In this document: positions 17,357 to 26,683 of the stretch, in pieces
How the letters are laid out: the number at the start of each line of letters is the position of its first letter
Numbering within the stretch: position 1 is the first letter of the stretch
From: an uncultured Candidatus Saccharibacteria bacterium
GTDB taxonomy: Bacteria > Patescibacteriota > Minisyncoccia > Phycocordibacterales > CSBR16-119
Direction of reading: 5' to 3'
Assembly: GCA_964589975.1 (NCBI GenBank)
Contig: CAZPVH010000001.1
Coordinates: 100,853 to 164,852, forward strand
Length of the DNA: 64,000 nt
The notes under the pieces: generated by a model
The model's input: only the letters and a program-made list of their open reading frames with translations
What the model was told of the DNA's origin: nothing
Database searches by the model: none
Position numbers and translations under genes: made by a program

Positions 17357-18661
17357 ATGTATAAGAGTTTTTCCTCTGCTCTCAAAATTGGCATTTTATT
17401 TTCTATTTTCGCGATTTCTTTTGGAATTGCTTTGGCGGCAGATTTTACAAGTTCGAGCTTTATTGTGCGCGATCCGGTTATTTTGTCTGGCTCGGGTTAT
17501 TCTTCAAGCGCAAGTTTTCAATATTTCGGAAGCCTCGGTCAGACTGCGATCGGCGCTTCGGCAAGTGGCGGTTTTATTGAGCGTTCAGGATTCTTGTATT
17601 TCTCGGTGGTGACTAGTCCAGTTCTTTCGGGTACGGCTGGAAATGCGTCGGTGTCCCTTTCTTGGACCGCTTCTAATGCTAGCCTCGGTCACACTGTTAC
17701 ATCGTATGAGGTTGGCGTTTCTAGCACGTCTGGCTCGGGGTACTCGTATACAAATGTTGGGAATACGCTGTCTTCTAGCCAGACCGGTCTTTCAAACGGG
17801 ACTACATATTATTTCATTGTGAGAACTCTCGACTCGTTAGGAGATGTGATAGCCACATCAAATGAGGTATTTGCTACGCCGACTGCTACTGGTGGCGGAG
17901 GTGGCGGAGGAAGTGGCGGTTCGTCAACTGGAGTCACTTTCTCAGGGTATGCGTTTCCACTTAGCGAAGTTACGATATTGAAAGACGGAGTAGTATCGCT
18001 TAAAACCATTGCTGGCGGTGATGCTAGGTTCTCAGTTCGACTTTCTCGCCTCGATTCCGGATCGTACAATTTTGCTGTTTATGGCACAGACAAAGATGGT
18101 CTGAAATCAACTTCGTTCAGTTTTCCAATAACTATCAATGAGGGCGATTCGGCGACCGTCTCTGGAATATTCCTAACACCGACTATAGAAGTTGATCTGG
18201 CTCAGGTTCGCAAAGGAGACGATATTGTCATATTCGGACAAACAACGCCAGAATCTGAGGTTACTATTGAGGTTAATTCCGAAACGCCGCATTTTGCTGA
18301 AACAGAGTCAAATGACGATGGGGTGTATCTTTATAATTTCAACACCGCACCGCTCGAGATGGGAAATCATAATACTAAGTCAAAATCGCTGCTCGATAAT
18401 GGTCAATCTTCCGGATACGGCAGACAGGTGGCGTTCGTCGTTGGAACAGAAAACATTCCGAAGGAGATTGACACAGGGTCATGCAATGCGGATTTGAACT
18501 CCGATGCAAAAATTAACCTAGTCGATTTCTCAATTGCCGCTTTTTGGTACACGAAAACACTTACCGGAGATATTGTTTCAAAAGAAGCTGACTGTTTGAA
18601 TGGTGATGGCGTCATCAATCTGGTCGATTTCTCGATAATTGCTTATTACTGGACAGGATAG
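17357..18661 (+). CDS. Secreted protein with fibronectin-III-like domain and a C-terminal type-I dockerin module
   Basis: Signal peptide (ILFSIFAISFGIALA). VSLSWTAS...YEV...TYYFIVRT is FN3-like. The C-terminus has two canonical dockerin Ca-binding segments: DLNSDAKINLVDFSIAAFWY and CLNGDGVINLVDFSIIAYYW (D/N at 1,3,5,9,12 plus a hydrophobic helix). Confidence 0.75.
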   Translation: MYKSFSSALKIGILFSIFAISFGIALAADFTSSSFIVRDPVILSGSGYSSSASFQYFGSLGQTAIGASASGGFIERSGFLYFSVVTSPVLSGTAGNASVSLSWTASNASLGHTVTSYEVGVSSTSGSGYSYTNVGNTLSSSQTGLSNGTTYYFIVRTLDSLGDVIATSNEVFATPTATGGGGGGGSGGSSTGVTFSGYAFPLSEVTILKDGVVSLKTIAGGDARFSVRLSRLDSGSYNFAVYGTDKDGLKSTSFSFPITINEGDSATVSGIFLTPTIEVDLAQVRKGDDIVIFGQTTPESEVTIEVNSETPHFAETESNDDGVYLYNFNTAPLEMGNHNTKSKSLLDNGQSSGYGRQVAFVVGTENIPKEIDTGSCNADLNSDAKINLVDFSIAAFWYTKTLTGDIVSKEADCLNGDGVINLVDFSIIAYYWTG

Positions 18662-18662
18662 T

Positions 18663-19541
18663 ATGAAATATATCTACAGGATAACTATTATTTGCGCTTT
18701 GCTTCTTCTTTCAAATTCGGTTTTTGCCGGAACGGTAGCGATTACTAAGCTTCTACCGGCAACCAACGACTTAAAGGTTGGGGACGAGGTATTGATTGAG
18801 CTTGATCTGGTCTCTGGCGGGACTCAGTATAATGCTATCGAGGGTTCGCTTTTTGTCTCGCCAATTTTCGAGATCAATAAAGTCATAACCGGCAACTCTT
18901 TTGTCTCGGTTTGGTTAAATAGTCCATCAGTTTTTGAAGGAAATACGATTAACTTCTCTGGCATAGCTCCGGCGGGATACAACAAAGAAGTCGGCCCGAT
19001 ATTTTCGCTTATCTTGTTGTCAAAAGATGTTGGATCCGGAACCGTTGCTCTTAAGAACGTAGGAATTTTTAAGAATGACGGCCTCGGTACAAGAGAAAAT
19101 ATCGCCGAAAAGTCATTTGCTCTTTCTGTTAGGGCCGCGACAGAAGACGAGATCCCATATCTGGTGAGCGTGAAAGATGAGACACCACCAGAAGAATTTA
19201 ACATAGAGCTTGTTAAAGACCCCGGATTATACGGAGGTTGGTATGCCATCGTTTGGAGCGCACTAGATAAAGGATCTGGTATTAAGTCGTACGATGTATT
19301 GGAGGGCCGACGTGTTTTTAAACAGGCAGAGAGCCCGTATGTCTTGGAGAAACAGTCATTAGGTGGGAAAATATATGTTAAGGCATACGACTATGAGGGC
19401 AATGTCCGTACGGCGGTATTTACGCCTCCTGGCAAGTTCTGCGCTGGTGATTCATGCTTCGGCAGGGGGTATGTGGCGGGTATGGTTATTATCGTTGTGG
19501 CGGGTATCTATCTTATATGGCGAAAAAAGAAACGCGCATGA
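18663..19541 (+). CDS. Membrane-anchored cohesin-like domain protein (scaffoldin-like), 292 aa
   Basis: Signal peptide MKYIYRITIICALLLLSNSVFAG. GTVAITKLLPATNDLKVGDEVLIELDLVSGGTQYNAIEGSLFVSPIFEI...VALKNVGIF fits the cohesin beta-sandwich pattern. C-terminal TM plus KKKRA stop-transfer. The start follows the upstream stop by 1 nt. Confidence 0.55.
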   Translation: MKYIYRITIICALLLLSNSVFAGTVAITKLLPATNDLKVGDEVLIELDLVSGGTQYNAIEGSLFVSPIFEINKVITGNSFVSVWLNSPSVFEGNTINFSGIAPAGYNKEVGPIFSLILLSKDVGSGTVALKNVGIFKNDGLGTRENIAEKSFALSVRAATEDEIPYLVSVKDETPPEEFNIELVKDPGLYGGWYAIVWSALDKGSGIKSYDVLEGRRVFKQAESPYVLEKQSLGGKIYVKAYDYEGNVRTAVFTPPGKFCAGDSCFGRGYVAGMVIIVVAGIYLIWRKKKRA

Positions 19542-21085
19542 CAAAATTTAAAAAAGTGTTTGCTGGCGCCTTTGTGCTGTTTTTCTTATTGACAAGCAAT
19601 GTCGAGGCAGCAAGCCTTTCTTTCACGCCTGCAGCTGGGACCTATGCCGAAAATGCTTCTTTCTCTGTCGGCGTGTATGTCGGAAGCTTGGATAAGTCTA
19701 TGAATGCAGCATCAGGGACGGTAACTTTTCCAACGGATAAGCTTCAAGTGGTATCCCTCTCTAAAGCGAACTCAATAGTAGATTTCTGGGCGCAAGAGCC
19801 TTCATTTTCAAATACCTCTGGCACTATCAAGTATGAAGGCGTGGTATTGCCGCCGGGATTCCAAGGGGGCAATGGGCGTATTATTACTATAAATTTCAAA
19901 GGTAAAGCGTCTGGAGTCGCTGAAATTAAAACTACGGGTGGCCAGGTTCTTGCAAACGATGGTGTGGGCACGCCGATCCTCTCTACTTCGACAGGAGCTG
20001 TTTTTACAATAAAGAAAGCTGAGCCCTCGGCGCCAGAGGTTATTGACCTGGAGGAAGAAATTCCGATAGACGAAACGGTTCCAATAATAGATGAAAAAAC
20101 CTCTTGCGACACAGATTCCCTTATTTATTCCACAACACACCCGGGTCAGATTTGGAGAAAAGAAAATACTGCCGCATTTTCATGGGACGTGACAGAAGAT
20201 GTGGTTGCAAGTAGGACGGCGTTCGACAAGAGTCCGAACACAGAACCAAATGTATTATCAAAGCCAGCCATTGTTGAGAAGAAATATGAAAATATTGAAG
20301 ATGGAACTTGGTATTTCCATCTATCGCTTCAGGACAATGAAGGATGGTCAAAGACTGAACATTTCAAGATTCAAATAGATCAGACCGCGCCAGAATTGAT
20401 CCTTAGTGAAGTCTCAAGGCTAGATCTGACCAACCCAAAACCCATAATTGATCTTGAGATTAAAGACAATATTTCGTGCGTAAAGAACTTTTCAATAAAT
20501 ATTGACGGAAAAGAGGTTGATTGGAATAAGCTACCGAATGGTAATTATGAGCTTGAAACAATTGAGCCTGGAAGTCATGAGCTTTCCGTTATTGTTTATG
20601 ATAGGGCGGGAAATCAGAACGAAGCTTATATTGACATAGAGGTGGCGGCCCTTGACTCGCCAGTCGTGAAAGAATATCAACAAACCGTTCCTAGTGCGGG
20701 AGAGCTTGTGGTTCGCGGCGAAACGATCAAGGGAGCAAATTTAACCGCAAAGATTACAAATAGAAAGAACAATTTTGTTGCGCGAGAGGATTTTCAATCT
20801 GGTTCTGGTAAATGGGTTTGGACTCCCAACTCAAAACTTCGTGGTGGTAACTATTTGATATCTTTCAGGGTCTCTGACTCTCGTGGCGCATCGTCAAATT
20901 GGACCGAGCCAATAGAGGTTCGAGTCGGTGGCGGTATTAATATCGATCTAACAGGTCTAGTAAAAAAGATTCCACCAGAGATTGCAATATTCGGTCTGAT
21001 TGTCGTTGGAATTTTTCTGATTGTCTTCATTACTCGAGCAGTTACAATGCGCGCTATTCGAAGGCGCAATGAGGATTGGCAGTAA
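19538..21085 (+). CDS. Membrane-anchored cohesin-like plus Ig-like domain protein, 515 aa
   Basis: ATGA start/stop overlap with the upstream gene. Signal peptide MTKFKKVFAGAFVLFFLLTSNVEA. ASLSFTPAAGTYAENASFSVGVYVGSLDKSMNAASGTVTFPTDKLQVVSLS... is cohesin-like. Downstream beta-rich repeats. C-terminal TM (IAIFGLIVVGIFLIVFI) plus RAIRRR. Confidence 0.55.
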   Translation: MTKFKKVFAGAFVLFFLLTSNVEAASLSFTPAAGTYAENASFSVGVYVGSLDKSMNAASGTVTFPTDKLQVVSLSKANSIVDFWAQEPSFSNTSGTIKYEGVVLPPGFQGGNGRIITINFKGKASGVAEIKTTGGQVLANDGVGTPILSTSTGAVFTIKKAEPSAPEVIDLEEEIPIDETVPIIDEKTSCDTDSLIYSTTHPGQIWRKENTAAFSWDVTEDVVASRTAFDKSPNTEPNVLSKPAIVEKKYENIEDGTWYFHLSLQDNEGWSKTEHFKIQIDQTAPELILSEVSRLDLTNPKPIIDLEIKDNISCVKNFSINIDGKEVDWNKLPNGNYELETIEPGSHELSVIVYDRAGNQNEAYIDIEVAALDSPVVKEYQQTVPSAGELVVRGETIKGANLTAKITNRKNNFVAREDFQSGSGKWVWTPNSKLRGGNYLISFRVSDSRGASSNWTEPIEVRVGGGINIDLTGLVKKIPPEIAIFGLIVVGIFLIVFITRAVTMRAIRRRNEDWQ

Positions 21086-21097
21086 TCTCCAAAAGAA

Positions 21098-21128
21098 ATA
21101 GCGCCATCACTTTGGATGGCGCTTTTCA
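21098..21128. terminator. Rho-independent terminator, hairpin usable on both strands
   Basis: agcgccatc-actttg-gatggcgct followed by TTTTCAAT on the plus strand. The reverse strand has a T-rich tail as well. Confidence 0.6.
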
Positions 21129-21558
21129 ATACCTGGTTCTGCGCACAGATCTTGTTCGAAGAAGTGTCATAGGGGTTCGCCGTCCCGATGACTATTATGG
21201 CTACAAGATTTGTAACGCAGAACCGGAGCTTTGTCGGCCCCTGCATTATCTTTATTCCAAACCAGAGGAGGAGACGAACCCGGGCGGCCAATGGTTCCAC
21301 TTTTGGGTCGTTTTCCCATTTAGCAGGCCACGGGTCGTCTACCACCTATGTGTATGGAATTTTCTTCGAAGGAACGAATGAACGTATCATAACAAATCTA
21401 TGGCCACTGTCAAATTTGGTATCTTTAATGAAAAAACCCTTATTTTTAGGGCTTTTTTAGTTGTGGTTAAATTACAAAAACTATTAATAGCTAATTATTT
21501 ATTTGATATTCGAGTGCCGTGATAAAATTTGACGAGCGTTTATTAATTAGCAAATGCA

Positions 21559-23529
21559 ATGATGAAAAGTATACTTTGGGGTCTTGGTTTGTTTGTGGCG
21601 GCATTGCCTACTATGGCAAACGCCTTCACGACAACCTATAATTATTCACCTGATTTTTTGGAAGATTTACCGTACAACATGACCTTAGTCCGTGGTGGAA
21701 CGGTGTCTGTTTTAAACGACGCAACTCTTGGAAAAGCTATTCAGATAAAATCTCCAACAGCTTCAACAGACATCATGTTTGACAATGTTCCCCTCACTTC
21801 TTCATGGTTAGATGCAAATTTCAAAATCAAAGGCGGAACTGCAGCAACCACAGATAAACCAGGAATATTGGTTTTCTCAAACGCTGATGCCACGAGCGGA
21901 TATTTTGTTCGTTGGGATAATAACTCAGATGATAAAGTTAGAATTTTCAAGCGTTCTCCGTCCGGCGCAACTTATACGAACACAGAGATCGCAGTTACTA
22001 CATCTTTTCCAACGACGACCGGGCGTCTTTGGCGTGTAACAGCTTCATCAGCAGGCGGAGTGGCAACAATTACTGCTTATAGATGGAACGGCACCGCTTG
22101 GGTTCAATTTCTTCAGGCTGTGGATTCGACATCTCCGTATCTTGCGGGAGGGATGGCGATTTCCCAGACTCAGATCAACTCGACGCTTGTTATGGACAAC
22201 TTCATAATTAATTTCCCTGATACTGATACGATCGGCGTCTCTACACCAGACTCTTATCAAGTTTTTCAGCGCAATGGGTCAAATCTTTCGGATATGCATA
22301 TTTTTGGCAGGTATACAGGTAATGCAACAGCCATAGAAGCTAGTTTTAATGGTGGGGCATACCAGACGATCGACTCAGTTCTAACTAACGGTTTCTATGA
22401 TGGTATCTTGACTGCTCAGGCCGCAGGGCAAGGGGACCTTGTTGTTAGGTTCACAAATAATACTTCTGTGTCGACAACAGTTCCGCTTGTTGGAGTCGGC
22501 GATGTTTTTATCGTCGCTGGTCAGTCAAATGCTGTCGGTCGAGGACAAAATCCTCAGAGTTATTCTCATCCGACACTAAAGGCCTCTGTCTTCAGGGCTG
22601 ATGATGCCTGGAGAGAGCTTACCGATCCTAGCGACATATTCACTGATCAGGGATCTGCTTGGCCGCTTGTTGCGACATATGTGATGGACTCACAAGAGGT
22701 TCCGGTCGCATTCCTTACAACTGCGACAGGCGCGACAGGCTTGGTTAGTCCTCAGGATTGGAAAAAGAATGGTACTGGTCAAAAGCGTTATGAAGCTGCG
22801 CTCCTACGAGTTCTTAGGTCGCACATAAATAGCGCAAAAGCAGTCTTGTGGTATCAGGGAGAAACAGATGCTGGTGGAGGCGTGAGCCGTTCGAATTATT
22901 TAGCTGGACAGCAGGCTCTAACAAATAATTTTGCAACGGATATTGCCGGTGCCCCAAAGACAATTATTGCAAGCTTGAGTCAGATAAATAAGCCAGGAAC
23001 AACTGAGTTAGAATTGGATACCATTCGTCTCTCGCAGCAGGACGCTTGGAATAGTGGAGGCAACAATCTTTATGGTCCAGTTCTTTATGATTTGGGGCCG
23101 CATGCAGATGGCGGACACATTTATACCGATAGCGACATGCAGAAGCTTGCTGCTCGATGGTGGTCTGCGATTGAAAAACATTATTATAGCGGACCAGATG
23201 GGCGCGGACCGATTCTCTCGAGTGCCGTATACACAACAGCCACGAATGAACTTGTCCTCACGTTTGCAGATGATACGCTGCCGCTCAATACAACGGTAGA
23301 TAAAGAAACATTTGTTTTGAAGCAGGGGGGCGTGGTGATGACAATCGGAAGCGTTTCTGTAACAGCTTCAAACCAAGTTACGATTACGCCTTCGACCAAT
23401 CTTTCGGGGCCTATAACTATCTCTGTTGGTTCTGGTAATTCTCCATCGGGCAAAAATGCAGTTCGTGATACCTCTGCAAATAGTCTGCCGGCAGAAACCG
23501 TGGTAGATGCGGCTGTGACAATTATATAA
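21559..23529 (+). CDS. Secreted SASA-family (sialate O-acetylesterase-like, SGNH-type) carbohydrate esterase with an N-terminal beta-sandwich domain
   Basis: Signal peptide (LGLFVAALPTMANA). VFIVAGQSNAVGRG matches the GQSNMxG motif and WYQGETDA matches the second SASA block. About 200 aa of N-terminal lectin-like sequence. Confidence 0.6.
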   Translation: MMKSILWGLGLFVAALPTMANAFTTTYNYSPDFLEDLPYNMTLVRGGTVSVLNDATLGKAIQIKSPTASTDIMFDNVPLTSSWLDANFKIKGGTAATTDKPGILVFSNADATSGYFVRWDNNSDDKVRIFKRSPSGATYTNTEIAVTTSFPTTTGRLWRVTASSAGGVATITAYRWNGTAWVQFLQAVDSTSPYLAGGMAISQTQINSTLVMDNFIINFPDTDTIGVSTPDSYQVFQRNGSNLSDMHIFGRYTGNATAIEASFNGGAYQTIDSVLTNGFYDGILTAQAAGQGDLVVRFTNNTSVSTTVPLVGVGDVFIVAGQSNAVGRGQNPQSYSHPTLKASVFRADDAWRELTDPSDIFTDQGSAWPLVATYVMDSQEVPVAFLTTATGATGLVSPQDWKKNGTGQKRYEAALLRVLRSHINSAKAVLWYQGETDAGGGVSRSNYLAGQQALTNNFATDIAGAPKTIIASLSQINKPGTTELELDTIRLSQQDAWNSGGNNLYGPVLYDLGPHADGGHIYTDSDMQKLAARWWSAIEKHYYSGPDGRGPILSSAVYTTATNELVLTFADDTLPLNTTVDKETFVLKQGGVVMTIGSVSVTASNQVTITPSTNLSGPITISVGSGNSPSGKNAVRDTSANSLPAETVVDAAVTII

Positions 23530-23539
23530 AACACAAAAA

Positions 23540-23572
23540 AGAAAAACCCTCGCCTGAGGGTTTTTCTTTTTA
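23540..23572. terminator. Bidirectional rho-independent terminator between the esterase gene and topA
   Basis: aaaaccctc-gcct-gagggttttt with T-runs on both strands. Confidence 0.65.
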
Positions 23573-25756
23573 TTATTTTTTCTTTTCGGCGAGTTTATGG
23601 GGATTATGATTCGGACAAGCTTTACTGCTACATCTTACTGGAATAGTCTTTGTCCCTTCCATCATCAGCTTTCCGCACATAGGACAAAGTTCTCCGGTCG
23701 GCTTTGCTTTGATAGCATTCTTGCATTCTGGGTAATTTGAGCAACTGTAGAATATTCCGAAGCGGCCTTTGCGCTCAACCATCTCGCCATCTTTGCAGTC
23801 GGTACATTTTACCCCGGTCCTTTTTTTCTTTGCCTCCTCCTCGTCTTCCTTGATGAATTTACATTTTGGATATCTGGAGCAGGAGATGAACATACCGAAG
23901 CGACCCTCTCGGAGCACGAGCTTTCCTTCGTGCTTGTCCCCGCACTCAGGGCACATCTCGCCGATCTCTTTTGGTCCCTCCATGATCTTGCCTTCGGCTG
24001 TGCGGCCGCCAACGCAGTTCGGGAAGTCTGTGCAGCTCATGAACTTGCCGTTCTTTGAAAGCTTGTAGACCATAGGTTTGCCGCAGATGGGGCAGGGGAA
24101 TTCCTTCGGGGCGTCCCCGATGTTGGTGAGCTTTTCGATCTTGTCCTTGGACTTTAGTTCTTTGGTGAATGGGCCATAGAAATCGGACAGAGTTTTTTTA
24201 TATGTCTTCTTTCCTTCGGCAATTTCATCGAGATTTCCTTCCATTTCTGCTGTGAACGAGTCTGAGATATATTCGCCGAAATTATTCTCTATGAATGTCG
24301 AGACGACGTCTCCCGTATCGGTCGGAAATAACGTTCGACCTTCTTTGGTCACGTAGCCGCGGTCTTCGATTGTGCGGATGATGGCTGCGTAAGTCGATGG
24401 CCTGCCAATGTCGCGCTTCTCCAGTTCCTTGATGAGTCCGGCTTCGGTATAGCGGGATGGCGGCTCGGTCTGCTTTTCTTCGGAGTTAATTTTCGTGAGA
24501 TCGAGCTTGTCGCCTTCCTTGAGTTTTGGAACTTCAGTGTCTTCGCCTCGAGCGCGAGTGTCGACAGCAAGCCAGCCGGGAAAAAGAACCCTCGAGCCAT
24601 TGATTGAGAAATTTGGAATATCCTTTGATTCTATATTTGTCGAGATCTTTGTCTTTAGAAGTTTGGCCGGAGTCATTTGAGATGAGATGGCGCGTTCCCA
24701 GATGAGGCGGTAAAGCTTTTGCTCATCATCGGTGCCGGCAATATTCTTTTCGAGAGGGTGGGTTGGACGAATAGCTTCGTGGGCTTCCTGGGCGTTTTTT
24801 GATTTCTTCGCATAGAAATTTTCCTGAGCGTATTCTTTTCCGAGGTTCTTTTTCACCCATTCGAGCATCTCAGCTTGAGCCCCCTTTGAAAGATTTTGGC
24901 TGTCGGTACGCATATATGTGATGAAGCCCTTTTCATATAGCTTCTGAGCCACGCCCATGGTGCGGCTTGGGGCGAAGCCAAGGCGCGTCGAGGCGACCTG
25001 CTGTATGGTCGAAGTGGTGAATGGCGCTCTGGCAGCGCGGCTGGTGTCAGTCTCTTTGACCGAAACAACAGACCATTTTCCGGCTTCTCCTTTTTTAAGT
25101 ATTCCTTCGGCTTCAGCCTTGTCCCATATCTCTTTATCACAGGTAAAAAGCATTTCATCGGCCCCATTCTTTAGAAGCGCACTCAATATATAGAATGTTT
25201 CCGCTTTAAAAGCGCGTATTTCACGTTCGCGCTCCATTATGATCCTAAGGGCCGGTGATTGGACGCGTCCGGCCGAGAGGCCATAGCGAACCTTTTTCCA
25301 GATGAGCCCGGATAAATCGTAGCCAAAAAGCCGATCGAGTACGCGGCGCGCTTCTTGAGCCTGTACCAGGTCTTGATCTATTTCTCGCGGATCTTTTATG
25401 GCTTCTTGAATTGCCTTTTCCGTGATCTCATTAAAAACGATTCGTTTCGGATGTTTGAGGTGGAGCGCCTCAGAGAGGTGCCAGGCTATAGCCTCTCCTT
25501 CACGGTCGCGGTCCGTCGCAAGAACGACCTCGTCAGCTTTTTTTGCGGCGGCCGTGAGTTCTGCCACGACTTTTTTCTTTACCGGCGTAATTTCGTAATG
25601 AGGAATAAAACCGCCGGGGATATCGACGGCTTTCTTGTTTGATTTTGGAAGGTCTCGGATATGTCCGACAGAGGCCATAACCTTATATCCCTTACCGAGA
25701 TATTTCTCTATAGTTTTGGCTTTTGCTGGGGACTCGACGATAAGAAGCTTTGTCAT
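23573..25756 (-). CDS. topA: DNA topoisomerase I with four C-terminal zinc ribbons
   Basis: MTKLLIVESPAKAKTIEKYLG...VMASVGHIRDLP Toprim N-terminus. Type IA core. C-terminal CPICG...C..FPNC, CPECG...CSRYPKC, CTDCK...CSNYPEC, CPMCG...C.SKACPNH. Confidence 0.9.
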   Translation of the reverse strand: MTKLLIVESPAKAKTIEKYLGKGYKVMASVGHIRDLPKSNKKAVDIPGGFIPHYEITPVKKKVVAELTAAAKKADEVVLATDRDREGEAIAWHLSEALHLKHPKRIVFNEITEKAIQEAIKDPREIDQDLVQAQEARRVLDRLFGYDLSGLIWKKVRYGLSAGRVQSPALRIIMEREREIRAFKAETFYILSALLKNGADEMLFTCDKEIWDKAEAEGILKKGEAGKWSVVSVKETDTSRAARAPFTTSTIQQVASTRLGFAPSRTMGVAQKLYEKGFITYMRTDSQNLSKGAQAEMLEWVKKNLGKEYAQENFYAKKSKNAQEAHEAIRPTHPLEKNIAGTDDEQKLYRLIWERAISSQMTPAKLLKTKISTNIESKDIPNFSINGSRVLFPGWLAVDTRARGEDTEVPKLKEGDKLDLTKINSEEKQTEPPSRYTEAGLIKELEKRDIGRPSTYAAIIRTIEDRGYVTKEGRTLFPTDTGDVVSTFIENNFGEYISDSFTAEMEGNLDEIAEGKKTYKKTLSDFYGPFTKELKSKDKIEKLTNIGDAPKEFPCPICGKPMVYKLSKNGKFMSCTDFPNCVGGRTAEGKIMEGPKEIGEMCPECGDKHEGKLVLREGRFGMFISCSRYPKCKFIKEDEEEAKKKRTGVKCTDCKDGEMVERKGRFGIFYSCSNYPECKNAIKAKPTGELCPMCGKLMMEGTKTIPVRCSSKACPNHNPHKLAEKKK

Positions 25757-25812
25757 GTCCCATAGTAAACTATAAAATTCCTAATTCTGCAAATTTCGAG
25801 ATTTTTGCCGCG

Positions 25813-26664
25813 TTAGATTTTTCTGATTTCGCCCATCGTTTCTTTGATGTGTCCCTTGAGCTCTAGGAGAGAAAGCGCCATGTTAAGTTCTGTTACGGAT
25901 CCTTCGTATTGCAAGAGTAGGGATTCTTTGGCCATTGGTTCATAAAGCAGTTTCAAAACCGCTTTCTCAGCGTCAGTGCAATCATCATAAGTTTTTTCTA
26001 CAAGTTCACGCTCTTTAAATCCAAGCATTTCGAGGACTTCTTTGGCGCTGAGGCACGGATGCGCGCCGTCGAGGAGTAGTTTGTTCGTGCCTTTTGAAGT
26101 TTCAGAAAATATTTCTCCAGGCACGACCAAGACATCTCGGTTGTATTCCATGGCAAGCCTTGCAGTAATGAGTGTTCCAGACTTTTCTTTGGCTTCTATG
26201 AGGAGCACCGCGTCGCATAGTCCTGCCATGATCCTGTTTCTTCGCGGAAATGTCCAAACCGCTGCCATGGCTTCTGGTTCGAGTTCTGACATGACGCAGC
26301 CGCCCGCTTGTAAGATTTTTCTGGATAGCAGAAAGTTCGTTCTCGGCGCGATGGCTTTTTCGGAAATTCCCGAGCCGGGGAGCGCCATGGTAAGTAGTCC
26401 GTGCCTTAATGCGGCTTCGTGGGCTATCGCATCTATTCCTAGGGCAAGACCCGAGATTATAACGATGGGATATCCGGTAAGTCCGGCGATTATCTCCTCA
26501 CAAGCGGCTTTACCGTATGAGGTGAAATTGCGCGACCCTACCACTGCTAGATATTTAAAATCACCCTTGGGTAAATTGCCCTCAATGTATAGTTTTTTCG
26601 GAGGATCGTTTATTTCCCGCAGCCGTTCCGGTATTTCATGTAAAAGCTTAATGACCTGAACCAT
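25813..26664 (-). CDS. dprA: DNA processing protein DprA/Smf
   Basis: YLAVVGSRNFTSYGKAACEEIIAGL...IISGLALGIDAIAHEAAL Rossmann-like DprA core. The ORF extends to 26781 but the start chosen here is MVQVIKLL at 26664. Confidence 0.75.
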   Translation of the reverse strand: MVQVIKLLHEIPERLREINDPPKKLYIEGNLPKGDFKYLAVVGSRNFTSYGKAACEEIIAGLTGYPIVIISGLALGIDAIAHEAALRHGLLTMALPGSGISEKAIAPRTNFLLSRKILQAGGCVMSELEPEAMAAVWTFPRRNRIMAGLCDAVLLIEAKEKSGTLITARLAMEYNRDVLVVPGEIFSETSKGTNKLLLDGAHPCLSAKEVLEMLGFKERELVEKTYDDCTDAEKAVLKLLYEPMAKESLLLQYEGSVTELNMALSLLELKGHIKETMGEIRKI

Positions 26665-26683
26665 GGCATAAATTATATCAATT

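Noticed and set aside
20851-21345. 164-aa minus-strand ORF overlapping the 3' end of the cohesin gene and the adjacent spacer
   Set aside because: It overlaps a well-supported CDS in antisense and crosses a terminator hairpin. It has no start context and is treated as spurious. The spacer is discussed as an ncRNA candidate instead.
21130-21460. Explicit assignment of the 21.1-21.5 kb spacer as RNase P RNA or tmRNA
   Set aside because: Only loose P4-like strings are present. The long-range stem encloses just ~80 nt. There is no tRNA-like acceptor/T-arm with a CCA-proximal end and no tag-peptide reading frame ending in an Ala-rich tail. It is kept as an unclassified ncRNA candidate only.
26042-26659. 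205-aa plus-strand ORF antisense to dprA
   Set aside because: It is fully contained within dprA on the opposite strand. It has Ser/Ala/Met-rich odd composition and no family resemblance.
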